NCBI RefSeq assembly: GCF_037902255.1
Contig: NZ_CP147990.1
Coordinates: 1,290,001 to 1,322,000 of the forward strand
Reading direction: 5' to 3'
Length of the DNA: 32,000 nucleotides
Source of the DNA: Candidatus Electrothrix sp. GW3-4
GTDB taxonomy: Bacteria > Desulfobacterota > Desulfobulbia > Desulfobulbales > Desulfobulbaceae
In this document: in pieces, positions 6,106 through 15,027 of the stretch
How positions within the stretch are numbered: position 1 is the stretch's first letter
How the letters are laid out: the number at the start of each line of letters is the position of its first letter
The notes under the pieces: model-generated
What the model saw: only the letters and a program-made list of their open reading frames with translations
What the model was told of the DNA's origin: nothing
The model's database searches: none
Program-made: the position numbers and the translations under genes

Positions 6106-8232
6106 ATGAGCAGAAAGATTGTTAAAAGCGTCTGTCGTATTTGTCACGGCGGCTGCGGTGCCCTGATTACGGTTGAAGATGGCAGGGTTGTCAATGTCAC
6201 CGGAGATCCTGCTTCTCCTATGAGTAAGGGCTGGATGTGCATTAAGGGGATGTCCACTCCAGAGATCGCCAATCATCCTGATCGACTGACCAGACCTCTA
6301 CGTCGGAAAAAGGGCGGAGGCTGGAAAATCCTCTCCTGGGGGGATGCCTTGGGCGAAATCAGCGCACGGATAGAGGATATTCGTCGTACAACAGGGCCAG
6401 AATCCATCGCCCTTGGGCAGGGCACAGGGCGCCATCATTATCTGCACACGGTTCGCTTTGCCAATGCCCTGGGCACACCCAATTGGTACGAACCTGGCTT
6501 GGCGCAATGTTTTATTCCCCGAATCTCGGTATCCAACCTGACCTATGGCGGTTTTGTGGTCGGGGATTATTACGGGAAGGTCAAGCCCCAATGTATCCTC
6601 TTTTGGGGGCATAACCCCCTGGTTTCCAGTGCAGATGGCGAACTGGCCATAGCCGCGAGGCGTTGCCTTGATCAGGGAACCATCGGTATTGCGGTTGATC
6701 CCCGCCAGTCAGAAACGGCCCAGCGTTGCCAACTCTGGTTACCTGTCCGACCCGGCACGGATGCGGCCTTGGCTCTGACCATGATCCATGTTATTGTCCG
6801 TGAAAAGCTGTACGACCAGGCATTTGTTGAACAATGGACCACCGGCTTTGCCGAGTTAACCTCCGCAGTAGAAAGTTGTACCCCGGAATGGGGGGAGCAT
6901 ATTACCGGCGTTCCGGTGAGCCAAATATGCGAGGCCGCAAGGCTGTACGCCACCACCAAACCTGCTATCCTGGACTGGGGCCTGGGTATAGAGCAGAATA
7001 CCAACTGTCTGCAGACTGTCCGGGCCATTGCCTGTCTCCGGGCATTGAGCGGGAATATCGATGTGCCAGGTGGCGATATCCTTGGTATGAATGTTCTGAA
7101 CGCCTATCCAACCCTGGCGCATACTTTGCCTAAGGGAATGAGGGCCAAACGCCTTGGTGCGGAGACCTATAAGCTCTTGGGGGGTTGGCGGGCCTTCATG
7201 CCCTCTGCCCATATCCCCACCCTGCTGAAGGCCATGCAGCACGGGGATCCCTATCCGGTCCGGGGCATGTTGGTCTTTGGCGGCAACCCCCTGATGACTC
7301 TGGCGAACAGCAGGCAGGTCCATGATGCCCTTCGTTCTCTGGATTTACTGGTGGTGACAGACCTGTTTATGACCCCGACAGCGGCCATGGCGGATTATGT
7401 TTTGCCTGCCGCCTTTTGGCCGGAAGTGGAACAGGTGATCGGCTACCCCCTGGTTGCGGAAAACATGGTCTTTGCCCAACAAAAGGCGACCCAGCACGGG
7501 GAGTGTCGGCAGGACGAGTGGATTATGGATGAGATTAGTAAACGGCTCAACTTGCCCGGCTCGGAAGAGAGCTTGACCGATGTCCTTAATCAGCGCCTTG
7601 CCCGGCTGGGTATGACCTATGCACAGCTTCAGGAGCAAGGAGTGGTTTATCCCGAGCATGTCTATTATAAATATCAGGAAAAGGGCTTCAGGACCCGATC
7701 AAAAAAAATAGAGCTCTCTTGCTCTGCCTTGGCCCGCTTAGGTTATGCCCCCCTTCCTTCCTACCAGGAGCCGCCCGAAAGCCCGGTGACTTGTCCAGAT
7801 CTTCTTGCATCGTATCCTTATATCCTTATAACAGGGGCCAGGAGGCGAGAGTTCTTTCATAGTGAGCAGCGACAGGTGGCCTCTTTGCGCAGGCTTCGCC
7901 CGGAACCGCAGGCGGAACTGCACCCGGACCAAGCCCAAGAGCATGATATTCAGACGGGTGATTGGATCCTGGTCAAGTCACCCCGTGGCAGTATTCGGGT
8001 CAAGGCCCTGGTGACCGAGAGGATCCGATCTGGAACAGTCAGTGTGGAGCACGGCTGGTGGTTTCCAGAAAAAGAGGGGCCCGACTTTGGCTTTCTTGAG
8101 GCAAACGCTAATGTGTTGACCAATAACGGACCGCCCTATGATCCGGCCTTTGGTACCTATCAGTTACGCGCTTTGCTCTGTACTGTTCAAAAGGAACAAA
8201 GAAAAGAGAGGGGAAATAATGAGGCCCAGTAA
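6106..8232 (+). CDS. Molybdopterin (MGD-family, DMSO-reductase superfamily) oxidoreductase, cytoplasmic
   Basis: N-terminal 4Fe-4S motif CRICHGGCG...C. C-terminal molybdopterin dinucleotide-binding-like segment GDWILVKSPRGSIRVKALVTERIRSGTVSVEHGWW. No twin-arginine signal and no in-frame TGA. Confidence 0.88.
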   Translation: MSRKIVKSVCRICHGGCGALITVEDGRVVNVTGDPASPMSKGWMCIKGMSTPEIANHPDRLTRPLRRKKGGGWKILSWGDALGEISARIEDIRRTTGPESIALGQGTGRHHYLHTVRFANALGTPNWYEPGLAQCFIPRISVSNLTYGGFVVGDYYGKVKPQCILFWGHNPLVSSADGELAIAARRCLDQGTIGIAVDPRQSETAQRCQLWLPVRPGTDAALALTMIHVIVREKLYDQAFVEQWTTGFAELTSAVESCTPEWGEHITGVPVSQICEAARLYATTKPAILDWGLGIEQNTNCLQTVRAIACLRALSGNIDVPGGDILGMNVLNAYPTLAHTLPKGMRAKRLGAETYKLLGGWRAFMPSAHIPTLLKAMQHGDPYPVRGMLVFGGNPLMTLANSRQVHDALRSLDLLVVTDLFMTPTAAMADYVLPAAFWPEVEQVIGYPLVAENMVFAQQKATQHGECRQDEWIMDEISKRLNLPGSEESLTDVLNQRLARLGMTYAQLQEQGVVYPEHVYYKYQEKGFRTRSKKIELSCSALARLGYAPLPSYQEPPESPVTCPDLLASYPYILITGARRREFFHSEQRQVASLRRLRPEPQAELHPDQAQEHDIQTGDWILVKSPRGSIRVKALVTERIRSGTVSVEHGWWFPEKEGPDFGFLEANANVLTNNGPPYDPAFGTYQLRALLCTVQKEQRKERGNNEAQ

Positions 8233-9607
8233 GAAAGCAGTTTGTCTGGCAGAAGTTTTTACGGATTTTTTTTGTTTTTTTTTTTCCGTGGTAGCTGCCT
8301 ATTATCTTTATGGGAAATTTATTACCAGGCCTCTTCCTGGCGGGCTTGTCTGTTACTGTCAGCTCGGTTTGTTTGCTGGCCTTGTCGGGACCTTGACCTT
8401 TTATTTTGCAGGTCTTTACCGGCACCAGGCCAGCATGATGAACCTGCTTGAGACCCGAAGAATTATCAAGGTTACCTTGCTGCTTTTCCTCTTGCTGGTG
8501 TTGTACACTTTTTCTTCCCGGGCAGAGTATTCAAGGATAACCCTCTTTCTGGCGCTCACGTTGGTGATCCCCCTTTTGCTTGTTGGAAGGTTTGTTTTTT
8601 TTAAACTTAATCAGTATCTTTATCTTCAGGGAATCAACATTCGCCGTGTGCTGATATACGGCGCAGGCTCCACCGGACGCTTGCTCTTTCAGTCTATTTC
8701 GAATACCCCCAAGTTAGGATATGAACCCATTGGTTTTTTCGATCCTGAAGGGAGGGAGGAGCTGGTTCAGGAACTCTGTCCTCAGGATGCAGACCGTATT
8801 CTCCTTCTGACCAGCGCTGGGCAATGCGTTCAGGCGATTGAGGACTATAAGGTTCAGGATATCTTTCTCAGTACCCAAATGAATGGGGAAGAGCTCTATA
8901 CCCTGTTGGCTTTTTGCCGTGATAGACAGGTGGCTTTTCATATTGTTCCTTATTTGCAGCCATTATTTACGGAACAGGTCGAGCTCAGCTCCATAAACGG
9001 TATTCCGCTTGTTTCCTTTAAAGAGCAGGCCACAGAATTTATTGAGGACTGGTTGCGGCGAGGCGTTGACCTGGTTGTTTCCTCTTTGTTTCTCCTTGGG
9101 ACAGCCCCAGTTGCTCTGTGTATGGCTTTGTTGATCAAGTTGGACTCCAAGGGGCCTGTTCTTTTTAGGCAGAAAAGGATTGGAAAAGATGGTGTGCCCT
9201 TTGTTATTTATAAATTTCGCACCATGTATACAGATGCGCCTATCTTTCATAATTCGCCAACCGAGAGTACCGATTGCAGGATTACCCGGGTGGGAAAAAT
9301 TTTGCGAAAAATGAGCCTGGATGAGCTGCCTCAGTTTCTCAATGTCCTGGAAGGGACCATGAGTTTGGTCGGGCCCCGGCCTGAAATGGAATTTATTGTT
9401 GAGAATGTCTATAATGATCTGTACCGCCAACGCCTTCGGGTTAAGCCAGGCATTACCGGTATCTGGCAGATCAGTGCGGACAGGACCCGGCAAATTCACG
9501 AGGATATTTCCTATGATTTATTTTACATTGCCAATAGATCGCTGCTGTTGGACATACTTATTCTGATCAGGACCATCCCTGCGCTTTTCATGATGCGGAC
9601 CCATTAA
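8219..9607 (+). CDS. Polyprenyl-phosphate glycosylphosphotransferase (WbaP / exopolysaccharide-initiating sugar transferase type)
   Basis: N-terminal TM helices, a central nucleotide-binding-like domain (VLIYGAGSTG), and C-terminal Bac_transf motifs (KFRTM, DELPQ, MSLVGPRPE, PGITG). Start placed at ATG 8219 (MRPSKK, GAGGGG upstream) rather than 8138, which would overlap the previous gene by 95 nt. Confidence 0.87.
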   Translation: MRPSKKAVCLAEVFTDFFCFFFSVVAAYYLYGKFITRPLPGGLVCYCQLGLFAGLVGTLTFYFAGLYRHQASMMNLLETRRIIKVTLLLFLLLVLYTFSSRAEYSRITLFLALTLVIPLLLVGRFVFFKLNQYLYLQGINIRRVLIYGAGSTGRLLFQSISNTPKLGYEPIGFFDPEGREELVQELCPQDADRILLLTSAGQCVQAIEDYKVQDIFLSTQMNGEELYTLLAFCRDRQVAFHIVPYLQPLFTEQVELSSINGIPLVSFKEQATEFIEDWLRRGVDLVVSSLFLLGTAPVALCMALLIKLDSKGPVLFRQKRIGKDGVPFVIYKFRTMYTDAPIFHNSPTESTDCRITRVGKILRKMSLDELPQFLNVLEGTMSLVGPRPEMEFIVENVYNDLYRQRLRVKPGITGIWQISADRTRQIHEDISYDLFYIANRSLLLDILILIRTIPALFMMRTH

Positions 9608-9686
9608 CGGTGGGGGATGATGGCAAGGGCAAGGAAGTTTTATCGGAAAAAAGCCAGCTGTTTTACTACCTGTAAATGTTTTTACC

Positions 9687-9714
9687 TTGACAGGTTGATC
9701 TATTAGCTTAAAGT
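9687..9714 (+). promoter_or_regulatory. Sigma70-like promoter candidate, TTGACA-16 nt-TAAAGT
   Basis: Hexamers read directly. It is followed about 55 nt later by a T9 run (9772-9780), and lies 340 nt upstream of mlaE. Confidence 0.3.
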
Positions 9715-10051
9715 ATGAATGGTCGTTCATTATAAAGATGAGCGCTTCATGGGGCTCTTGTCCTTGTCTGATTTTTTTTTAGTAAGGCCAGCCTAGGCCA
9801 GGCCAAGCGCAGTTTGCTTGGCCGCTCGCTGGGGGCAAGAGGATGATGATGTCAGATCGCCAGAGACTATAGTCTGTGTTACAGGGGAGGATCTGTTATA
9901 GCGGGCTTATGTTTTTTTATCTTTTATGGTATCCTTTGGTTCATTGCGTTTTATTTTGAGCAAAAGGAAAGGCATCGTGCGGAAAGGAGTGCGGTTCGGT
10001 CTCTGTACGTACGGAGATTATAAGATTATAATTTAACAGCGAAGAAATCCC

Positions 10052-10864
10052 TTGCAGGAATCCAAAACGACATTCTGGGTGAAACCCTTTTTTTATCTCG
10101 GTGATAACTTCCTATATCTGCTTGCAGATCTGGGAAGGATGGGTATCTTTTTGTTTGCTGCCTTGGCAGGGCTGTTTAAGCGCCCCTTCCGAGGGAAAGA
10201 ACTGTTGAAGCAACTCCATTTTATCGGTGCTGGTTCTATAGCTGTGGTATTTTTTACCGCCTTATCCTCGGGGATGGTGCTTGGCCTGCAAGGGGTCTAC
10301 ACCCTGCAAAAGTTCGGTGCCGACGGCATGCTGGGCTCTGGGGTTGCCCTGACCCTGATCATGGAACTTGGGCCCATCCTGACGGCCTTGATGGTTGCTG
10401 GCCGGGCTGGCTCTGCCATGTGCGCTGAAATCGGTATTATGCGTATCTCTGAGCAGATTGATGCCTTGGAGTGTATGGCTGTTGATCCTTTTCGCTATCT
10501 CATCACACCCAAGTTCTTAGCGGCAATTATCTCTTTACCCTTGCTGACGGCCATGTTCGACGTCGTGGGCATCTACGGTGGATATCTTACCGGTGTGAAA
10601 TTGCTTGGCGTGAGCTCTGGCTCTTTCTTTCACGGCATGATGAGCAGTGTCAGTAATCACGATATCCGGCTTGGTCTGATTAAGTCCTTTGTTTTCGCCT
10701 TTTTGGTGGTTTGGATCAGCGCAGGGCGAGGATATTTTGTTTTGCAAATTCGAGGGGCTGGCTTTGGTGCTGAAAGTGTCAGTAAGGTGACCACCCAAGC
10801 TGTTGTTCTTTCTTCAATTTCCGTTTTAATCTTTGATTACCTGCTCACCGCAGTATTGCTTTAG
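10052..10864 (+). CDS. mlaE: MlaE-family ABC transporter permease
   Basis: Aligns by eye with E. coli MlaE (LGRMGIFLF.., [50 protein letters not shown]). The start is uncertain: TTG 10052 or GTG 10079. Confidence 0.88.
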   Translation: MQESKTTFWVKPFFYLGDNFLYLLADLGRMGIFLFAALAGLFKRPFRGKELLKQLHFIGAGSIAVVFFTALSSGMVLGLQGVYTLQKFGADGMLGSGVALTLIMELGPILTALMVAGRAGSAMCAEIGIMRISEQIDALECMAVDPFRYLITPKFLAAIISLPLLTAMFDVVGIYGGYLTGVKLLGVSSGSFFHGMMSSVSNHDIRLGLIKSFVFAFLVVWISAGRGYFVLQIRGAGFGAESVSKVTTQAVVLSSISVLIFDYLLTAVLL

Positions 10865-10874
10865 GGAGACGTGG

Positions 10875-11708
10875 ATGGTTGCTGAAACGGAAAAAGAGCT
10901 GGTGGAAAATCATCCTGCAGGTGCAGCCAGTCGCCCGGCAGTTGAGTTCCTTGATGTTGTTAAATACTTTGGGGAGTGGGGCCAGCGGCACAGGGTACTG
11001 CACGGCGTCAGCTATTCGGTTCCCCGGGGGAAGACCACTGTTATTGCCGGTGGCAGTGGCCAGGGCAAGAGTGTAACGCTCAAGCTGGTACTGGGTTTAC
11101 TGAAGCCGGATAGTGGACGGATTTTGGTTGATGGTCAGGATGTTACCCGATTAGGGCAGAAGAAACTTCGCGAGCTGCGGATGAAATTCGGGGTGCTTTT
11201 TCAGGGCGCCGCCTTGTTTGACTCTCTTTCCGTATTTGAAAATATCGCCTTGCCACTGCGGGAACGAACCCGGTTGACAGAGCAGGAAATTGAGGAACGC
11301 GTTGCTGCCACCTTGAAGACCTTGGAACTCACTGGCCATGAAAAGAAATATCCAGCCCAGCTGAGCGGCGGTATGCAAAAACGGGTTGGGCTGGCCCGCG
11401 CCTTGCAGCTCGAACCGGAGATCGTTCTCTTTGATGAGCCCACAACCGGACTTGATCCGGTAATGACCCAGGAAATCTATGATCTGTTTCGGCGGACGCA
11501 GAAAAAATTGGGGTATACTGCAATTATTGTCAGCCATGATATTCCGAAGGTTTTTGAGTTGGCAGATCAGATTGTCCTGTTGAATAAAGGGGAGGTTGAT
11601 GTCTTTACCGATGTCGCTCAGATCAAAGATTCAGAAAAACCCCATATTCGTGAGTTCGCAGAGATGACGCTTGGGGACTTCTTTAAAGCTGACAGCAAGA
11701 AGGAGTGA
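10875..11708 (+). CDS. mlaF: MlaF-type ABC transporter ATP-binding protein
   Basis: Walker A GGSGQGKS, signature LSGGMQKRV, Walker [13 protein letters not shown]. Start placed at ATG 10875 (GGGAGA upstream) rather than 10833, which overlaps mlaE. Confidence 0.9.
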   Translation: MVAETEKELVENHPAGAASRPAVEFLDVVKYFGEWGQRHRVLHGVSYSVPRGKTTVIAGGSGQGKSVTLKLVLGLLKPDSGRILVDGQDVTRLGQKKLRELRMKFGVLFQGAALFDSLSVFENIALPLRERTRLTEQEIEERVAATLKTLELTGHEKKYPAQLSGGMQKRVGLARALQLEPEIVLFDEPTTGLDPVMTQEIYDLFRRTQKKLGYTAIIVSHDIPKVFELADQIVLLNKGEVDVFTDVAQIKDSEKPHIREFAEMTLGDFFKADSKKE

Positions 11709-11754
11709 GTAACAGGGCTCATCCAATTTTTGTAAACGTTCTTAAATTGTTATA

Positions 11755-12216
11755 TTGGAGTGTTACGTGAATAATTCTCGTGTCGAAATAGTCGTTGGTC
11801 TCTTTCTTGTTCTTGGTTTTGCGGCCTTTGGTTGGCTGGCCCTTCAGCTTGGCGAGGTCTCTTGGCTTGATGAAGGGACGACCTATACCCTGTATGCGGA
11901 GTTTGAAAATGTCTCGGGTGTGAAAAACGGCGCTGAGGTTCAGATAGCTGGAGTAACCGTCGGCTCTGTGACAGAGCTGAGCTTGAGTAAAGATGACTTT
12001 GCGGTTGCTACCTTAAAATTGGACAAGGATATTCACTTGGCAAAAGATTCTATGGCCTCAGTCAAATCACAGGGTATTATTGGTGATAAAATTATCCAGA
12101 TTACTCCCGGTGGTGACGAGGAGATGTATCAGGCCGGTGACGTCATTGTCGATACAGAATCATCTGTTGATCTGGAGTCGCTGATTTCCAAATTCGCTTT
12201 TGGTGGCGTTAAATAA
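11755..12216 (+). CDS. mlaD: MlaD (MCE-domain) protein
   Basis: N-terminal TM (VEIVVGLFLVLGFAAFGWLAL) followed by an MCE-like region (YTLYAEFENVSGVKNGAEVQIAGVTVGSV). GTG 11767 (MNNSRVE, TGGAG upstream) is an alternative start. Confidence 0.87.
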   Translation: MECYVNNSRVEIVVGLFLVLGFAAFGWLALQLGEVSWLDEGTTYTLYAEFENVSGVKNGAEVQIAGVTVGSVTELSLSKDDFAVATLKLDKDIHLAKDSMASVKSQGIIGDKIIQITPGGDEEMYQAGDVIVDTESSVDLESLISKFAFGGVK

Positions 12217-12309
12217 CGATATTTTTGAGGTGTTCCGAGGTTGATAGCCGCTATTTTGGGGCTGTCAGATAGCGGAGCGCAGGAGGCGGCTTGGTATGCC
12301 GATCAATTC

Positions 12310-13086
12310 ATGAGAAGGATGTTTCGTGTATTCCTTGTCAGTTTACTTCTTGTGGTGGGGAATTGCGGTTTGCTCTATGGAGCAGATGGCGAGATAGATT
12401 TTCTTGATGATGCATTTTATGAGGAAGCACCTGAAGAAAATGCTGTCAGAGATCCCTTTGAAGGTATAAACAGGGCCGTTTTTACCTTTAATGATTACGC
12501 CTTCATGTGGGTTTTGAATCCGCTTGCGACCGGATACAGCAAGCTCCTTCCCGCAGATATTCGGGGTTCCGTAGCAAATGTTTTCTACAACCTGCAGGAA
12601 CCGATGCGCCTTGTCAATAGCTTGTTGCAGGCGCGATTTTCTGATGCTGGCACCTTATTGGCTCGGTTTACTTTGAATACTGTTGGTGGGGTAGGTGGTC
12701 TTGGGGATCCCGCTACTGAGCTGGGGTTTCCAAGAACAGAGGCAACCTTCTGTCAGACCCTGAATACCTGGGGGGTTCCTGATGGTATCTTTTTAATGGT
12801 ACCTGTTATGGGGCCAACCACCCTGCGTGATATTTTCGGCAGAGTGGTTGACCGGTTTTCCTTCACCCCTCTTTATTATAACTGGGCAGCAGGTTGGGAG
12901 GAATCAATGAGCATCTTTATGGGAAAGGAAGTGAATAACCTCTCTCTCCATCTTGGCGAATATGAAAAGATGAAAGAGATAAGCTTTGACCCCTACTTAG
13001 CTGTTCGTGATGGTTTTTATCAACTTCGTCGCCAAAGCTGGCAGACCGCTGACTCTCGTGGCGAGCGTGATGATCTGTCCGAGTAA
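12310..13086 (+). CDS. mlaA: MlaA/VacJ-family lipoprotein
   Basis: VacJ motif DPFEGINRAVFTFNDY..NPLATGY. Signal-like N-terminus MRRMFRVFLVSLLLVVGNCG. Start placed at ATG 12310 rather than TTG 12241. Confidence 0.86.
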   Translation: MRRMFRVFLVSLLLVVGNCGLLYGADGEIDFLDDAFYEEAPEENAVRDPFEGINRAVFTFNDYAFMWVLNPLATGYSKLLPADIRGSVANVFYNLQEPMRLVNSLLQARFSDAGTLLARFTLNTVGGVGGLGDPATELGFPRTEATFCQTLNTWGVPDGIFLMVPVMGPTTLRDIFGRVVDRFSFTPLYYNWAAGWEESMSIFMGKEVNNLSLHLGEYEKMKEISFDPYLAVRDGFYQLRRQSWQTADSRGERDDLSE

Positions 13087-13109
13087 TTTTTTTGTTTTTC
13101 TAAGGTGAG

Positions 13110-13739
13110 ATGATGCAGAATTTTCTACGTAGCTTTATTGTATTGCTTTCCCTGTTCTTCCTTTCTGGTATGAGCCAGGTGTCAGCAGCAACCCCAGATC
13201 CGACAGAGCAGCTTAAGCCAGTTGTGGACAAGGTTGTCGGTTTATTGAAAGACAGCGAGTTTCGAAAGCAGCCTGTTGTTGACCAATCTGAAGTTATTGT
13301 CAAGCTTGTCTCAGAGCGGTTTGATTTTCGCGAAATGTCCAAGCGGGTAATGGGCAAGCAGTGGCGTACACTGAGTCCAGAACAACACGATCAATTTATT
13401 GCCCTGTTCACCAAACTTTTGCAATATGTCTATATTAACCAGGTTGATGAATATCTGGATAAAAAAGTTGAATTTACGGATCAGCGTATCAGGAGAGACC
13501 GAGCAGAGGTAAAAACCCTGCTTGTGGGTCAAGAAAAGAGCATTCCTGTCTCCTATATCATGCTTCTCAAAAAAGATACATGGATGGCTTATGACATCGT
13601 CGTTGAGGGTGTCAGTCTGATTCGGAACTACATGGACCAGGTCAGCACGGTGCTCAGGGAGGAGAAGTTTCCTGGCCTGATTGCTATGCTGGAAAAGAAG
13701 ATTAAGAAACTGGAGGCCGGAGAAAAGGACGAGGAGTAA
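13110..13739 (+). CDS. mlaC: MlaC/Ttg2D-family periplasmic phospholipid-binding protein
   Basis: Signal peptide (LSLFFLSGMSQVSAA) and toluene-tolerance-family features (FDFREMSKRVMGKQWRTLSPEQHDQF, AYDIVVEGVSLIRNY). Confidence 0.83.
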   Translation: MMQNFLRSFIVLLSLFFLSGMSQVSAATPDPTEQLKPVVDKVVGLLKDSEFRKQPVVDQSEVIVKLVSERFDFREMSKRVMGKQWRTLSPEQHDQFIALFTKLLQYVYINQVDEYLDKKVEFTDQRIRRDRAEVKTLLVGQEKSIPVSYIMLLKKDTWMAYDIVVEGVSLIRNYMDQVSTVLREEKFPGLIAMLEKKIKKLEAGEKDEE

Positions 13740-13813
13740 TTCAGATCCATAGTACATAGGGGCAAGGCCTCCTAACGGTTTTTCAACAGGATATACAACA
13801 ACAGCGATAAGGT

Positions 13814-14110
13814 ATGAGTAATCTGATTTGGCTGGTTTTTATTTTCTTAGTAGTGGTCTTGGTTGGTTCTCTGTTGTGGTTTATCTGGAGGCTGCGCCAT
13901 TTCTCCCAATCGCATAACCAAACAGTTCTTGATGATAAACTCATGCAGACCATGCTCGGTGATGAGGCCTTGTCCAAAGAGCTGAAAGGCGCCTTAGTCG
14001 GAAAAAAGAGTACAAAATATCCGCCTGTCTCTGCTGCCGATGATGAAGAGAAGCACGGGGCCCCTGCTAGAAAAGGAGACCCTGAACAGCAAGTAACCAA
14101 AAAGCCATAG
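13814..14110 (+). CDS. Hypothetical 98-aa single-pass membrane protein
   Basis: N-terminal TM LIWLVFIFLVVVLVGSLLWFIW followed by a charged tail. It sits between mlaC and the LolA-like gene on the same strand. No family recognised. Confidence 0.5.
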   Translation: MSNLIWLVFIFLVVVLVGSLLWFIWRLRHFSQSHNQTVLDDKLMQTMLGDEALSKELKGALVGKKSTKYPPVSAADDEEKHGAPARKGDPEQQVTKKP

Positions 14111-14120
14111 AGAGGGGAAT

Positions 14121-14897
14121 ATGATTCGCTTAATATCATTCTGTCTTCTGGCCTTGGTTTTGCCCGCACCGTTGCTTTTTGCTGCTCCTGCCCCTGATTC
14201 ATTAGACATTTCATTAGATGTGGATCAGGTTATCAAGCAGGTTGAGGATAACCTGAACGGCAAGACGGCTGTCATAGCAATGACTATGGTGGTGAAGACC
14301 AAGCGAGCCGAGCGCACCATGAAGATGAAGAGCTGGTCAGAGGGTAATAAAAAATCCTTTATTAAGATTCTGTATCCGGGCAAGGATAAGGGGATTACCT
14401 TTTTAAAGCTGGACAATGCCATGTGGCAGTATGTGCCTCGTATTGAAAAAACAATAAAGATTCCAGCATCTATGATGCTCCAGAGCTGGATGGGCAGTGA
14501 TTTTAGCAATGATGACTTAGTGAGAGAGAGTTCAATTAGTGAGGATTACATCAAGAAATTGCTCGAAGAGACAGAAGCCGAGTATCGGGTGGAGTTGTTG
14601 CCCAAGCCGGATGCGCCCGTGGTGTGGGGGAAGATTATCTTTGCTGTCTCCAAGCAGTACTTTCTTCCCACGGTGGTACAATATTTTGATGAGGACGGGG
14701 TTCTTATTCGGCTGATTCGCTACACTGATGTGCAGCAGCTCGGAGATCGTCTTTACCCAACAGAATGGACCGTCACTCCTCAGGAGCCGGAAAAGGCTGG
14801 CCATGAGACCGTCATAAAAATTACTGAGGCTGTCTTTGATACTGAGGTGGATCCTTCGTATTTCACGAAGAGGGCGTTGAAGAGGTTTAGCAGGTAG
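14121..14897 (+). CDS. Outer-membrane lipoprotein-sorting (LolA-like) family protein
   Basis: Signal peptide, then FIKILYPGKDKGITFLKLDNAMWQYVPRIEKTIKIPASMMLQSWMGSDFSNDDL, typical of the LolA_like family. GAGAGGGG lies upstream of the ATG. Confidence 0.8.
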   Translation: MIRLISFCLLALVLPAPLLFAAPAPDSLDISLDVDQVIKQVEDNLNGKTAVIAMTMVVKTKRAERTMKMKSWSEGNKKSFIKILYPGKDKGITFLKLDNAMWQYVPRIEKTIKIPASMMLQSWMGSDFSNDDLVRESSISEDYIKKLLEETEAEYRVELLPKPDAPVVWGKIIFAVSKQYFLPTVVQYFDEDGVLIRLIRYTDVQQLGDRLYPTEWTVTPQEPEKAGHETVIKITEAVFDTEVDPSYFTKRALKRFSR

Positions 14898-14934
14898 GCT
14901 TGCACGGAAAGTTTATCCCGAGGTGAAGAATCTC

Positions 14935-14996
14935 TCTCCCGCCAATACGATAAAGTGCGATAAAGTACGATAAAGATAACAGCGGGAGATTTTTTT
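14935..14996. terminator. Hairpin terminator between convergent genes, with a 39-nt loop made of three 10-nt tandem units
   Basis: 8-bp stem TCTCCCGC (14935-14942) / GCGGGAGA (14982-14989) followed by T7. The loop holds CGATAAAGTG, CGATAAAGTA and CGATAAAGAT (14948-14977). Confidence 0.6.
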
Positions 14997-15027
14997 GAAA
15001 TCTGGAAAACAGCTGGGCACGGATAAC

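Noticed and set aside
8138-8218. Upstream extensions of several ORFs: 8138 for the sugar transferase, 10833 for mlaF, 12241 for mlaA and 2456 for the channel
   Set aside because: Each extension overlaps the preceding gene or repeat array, and an internal ATG with a better ribosome-binding site exists. The shorter starts are preferred but not proven.
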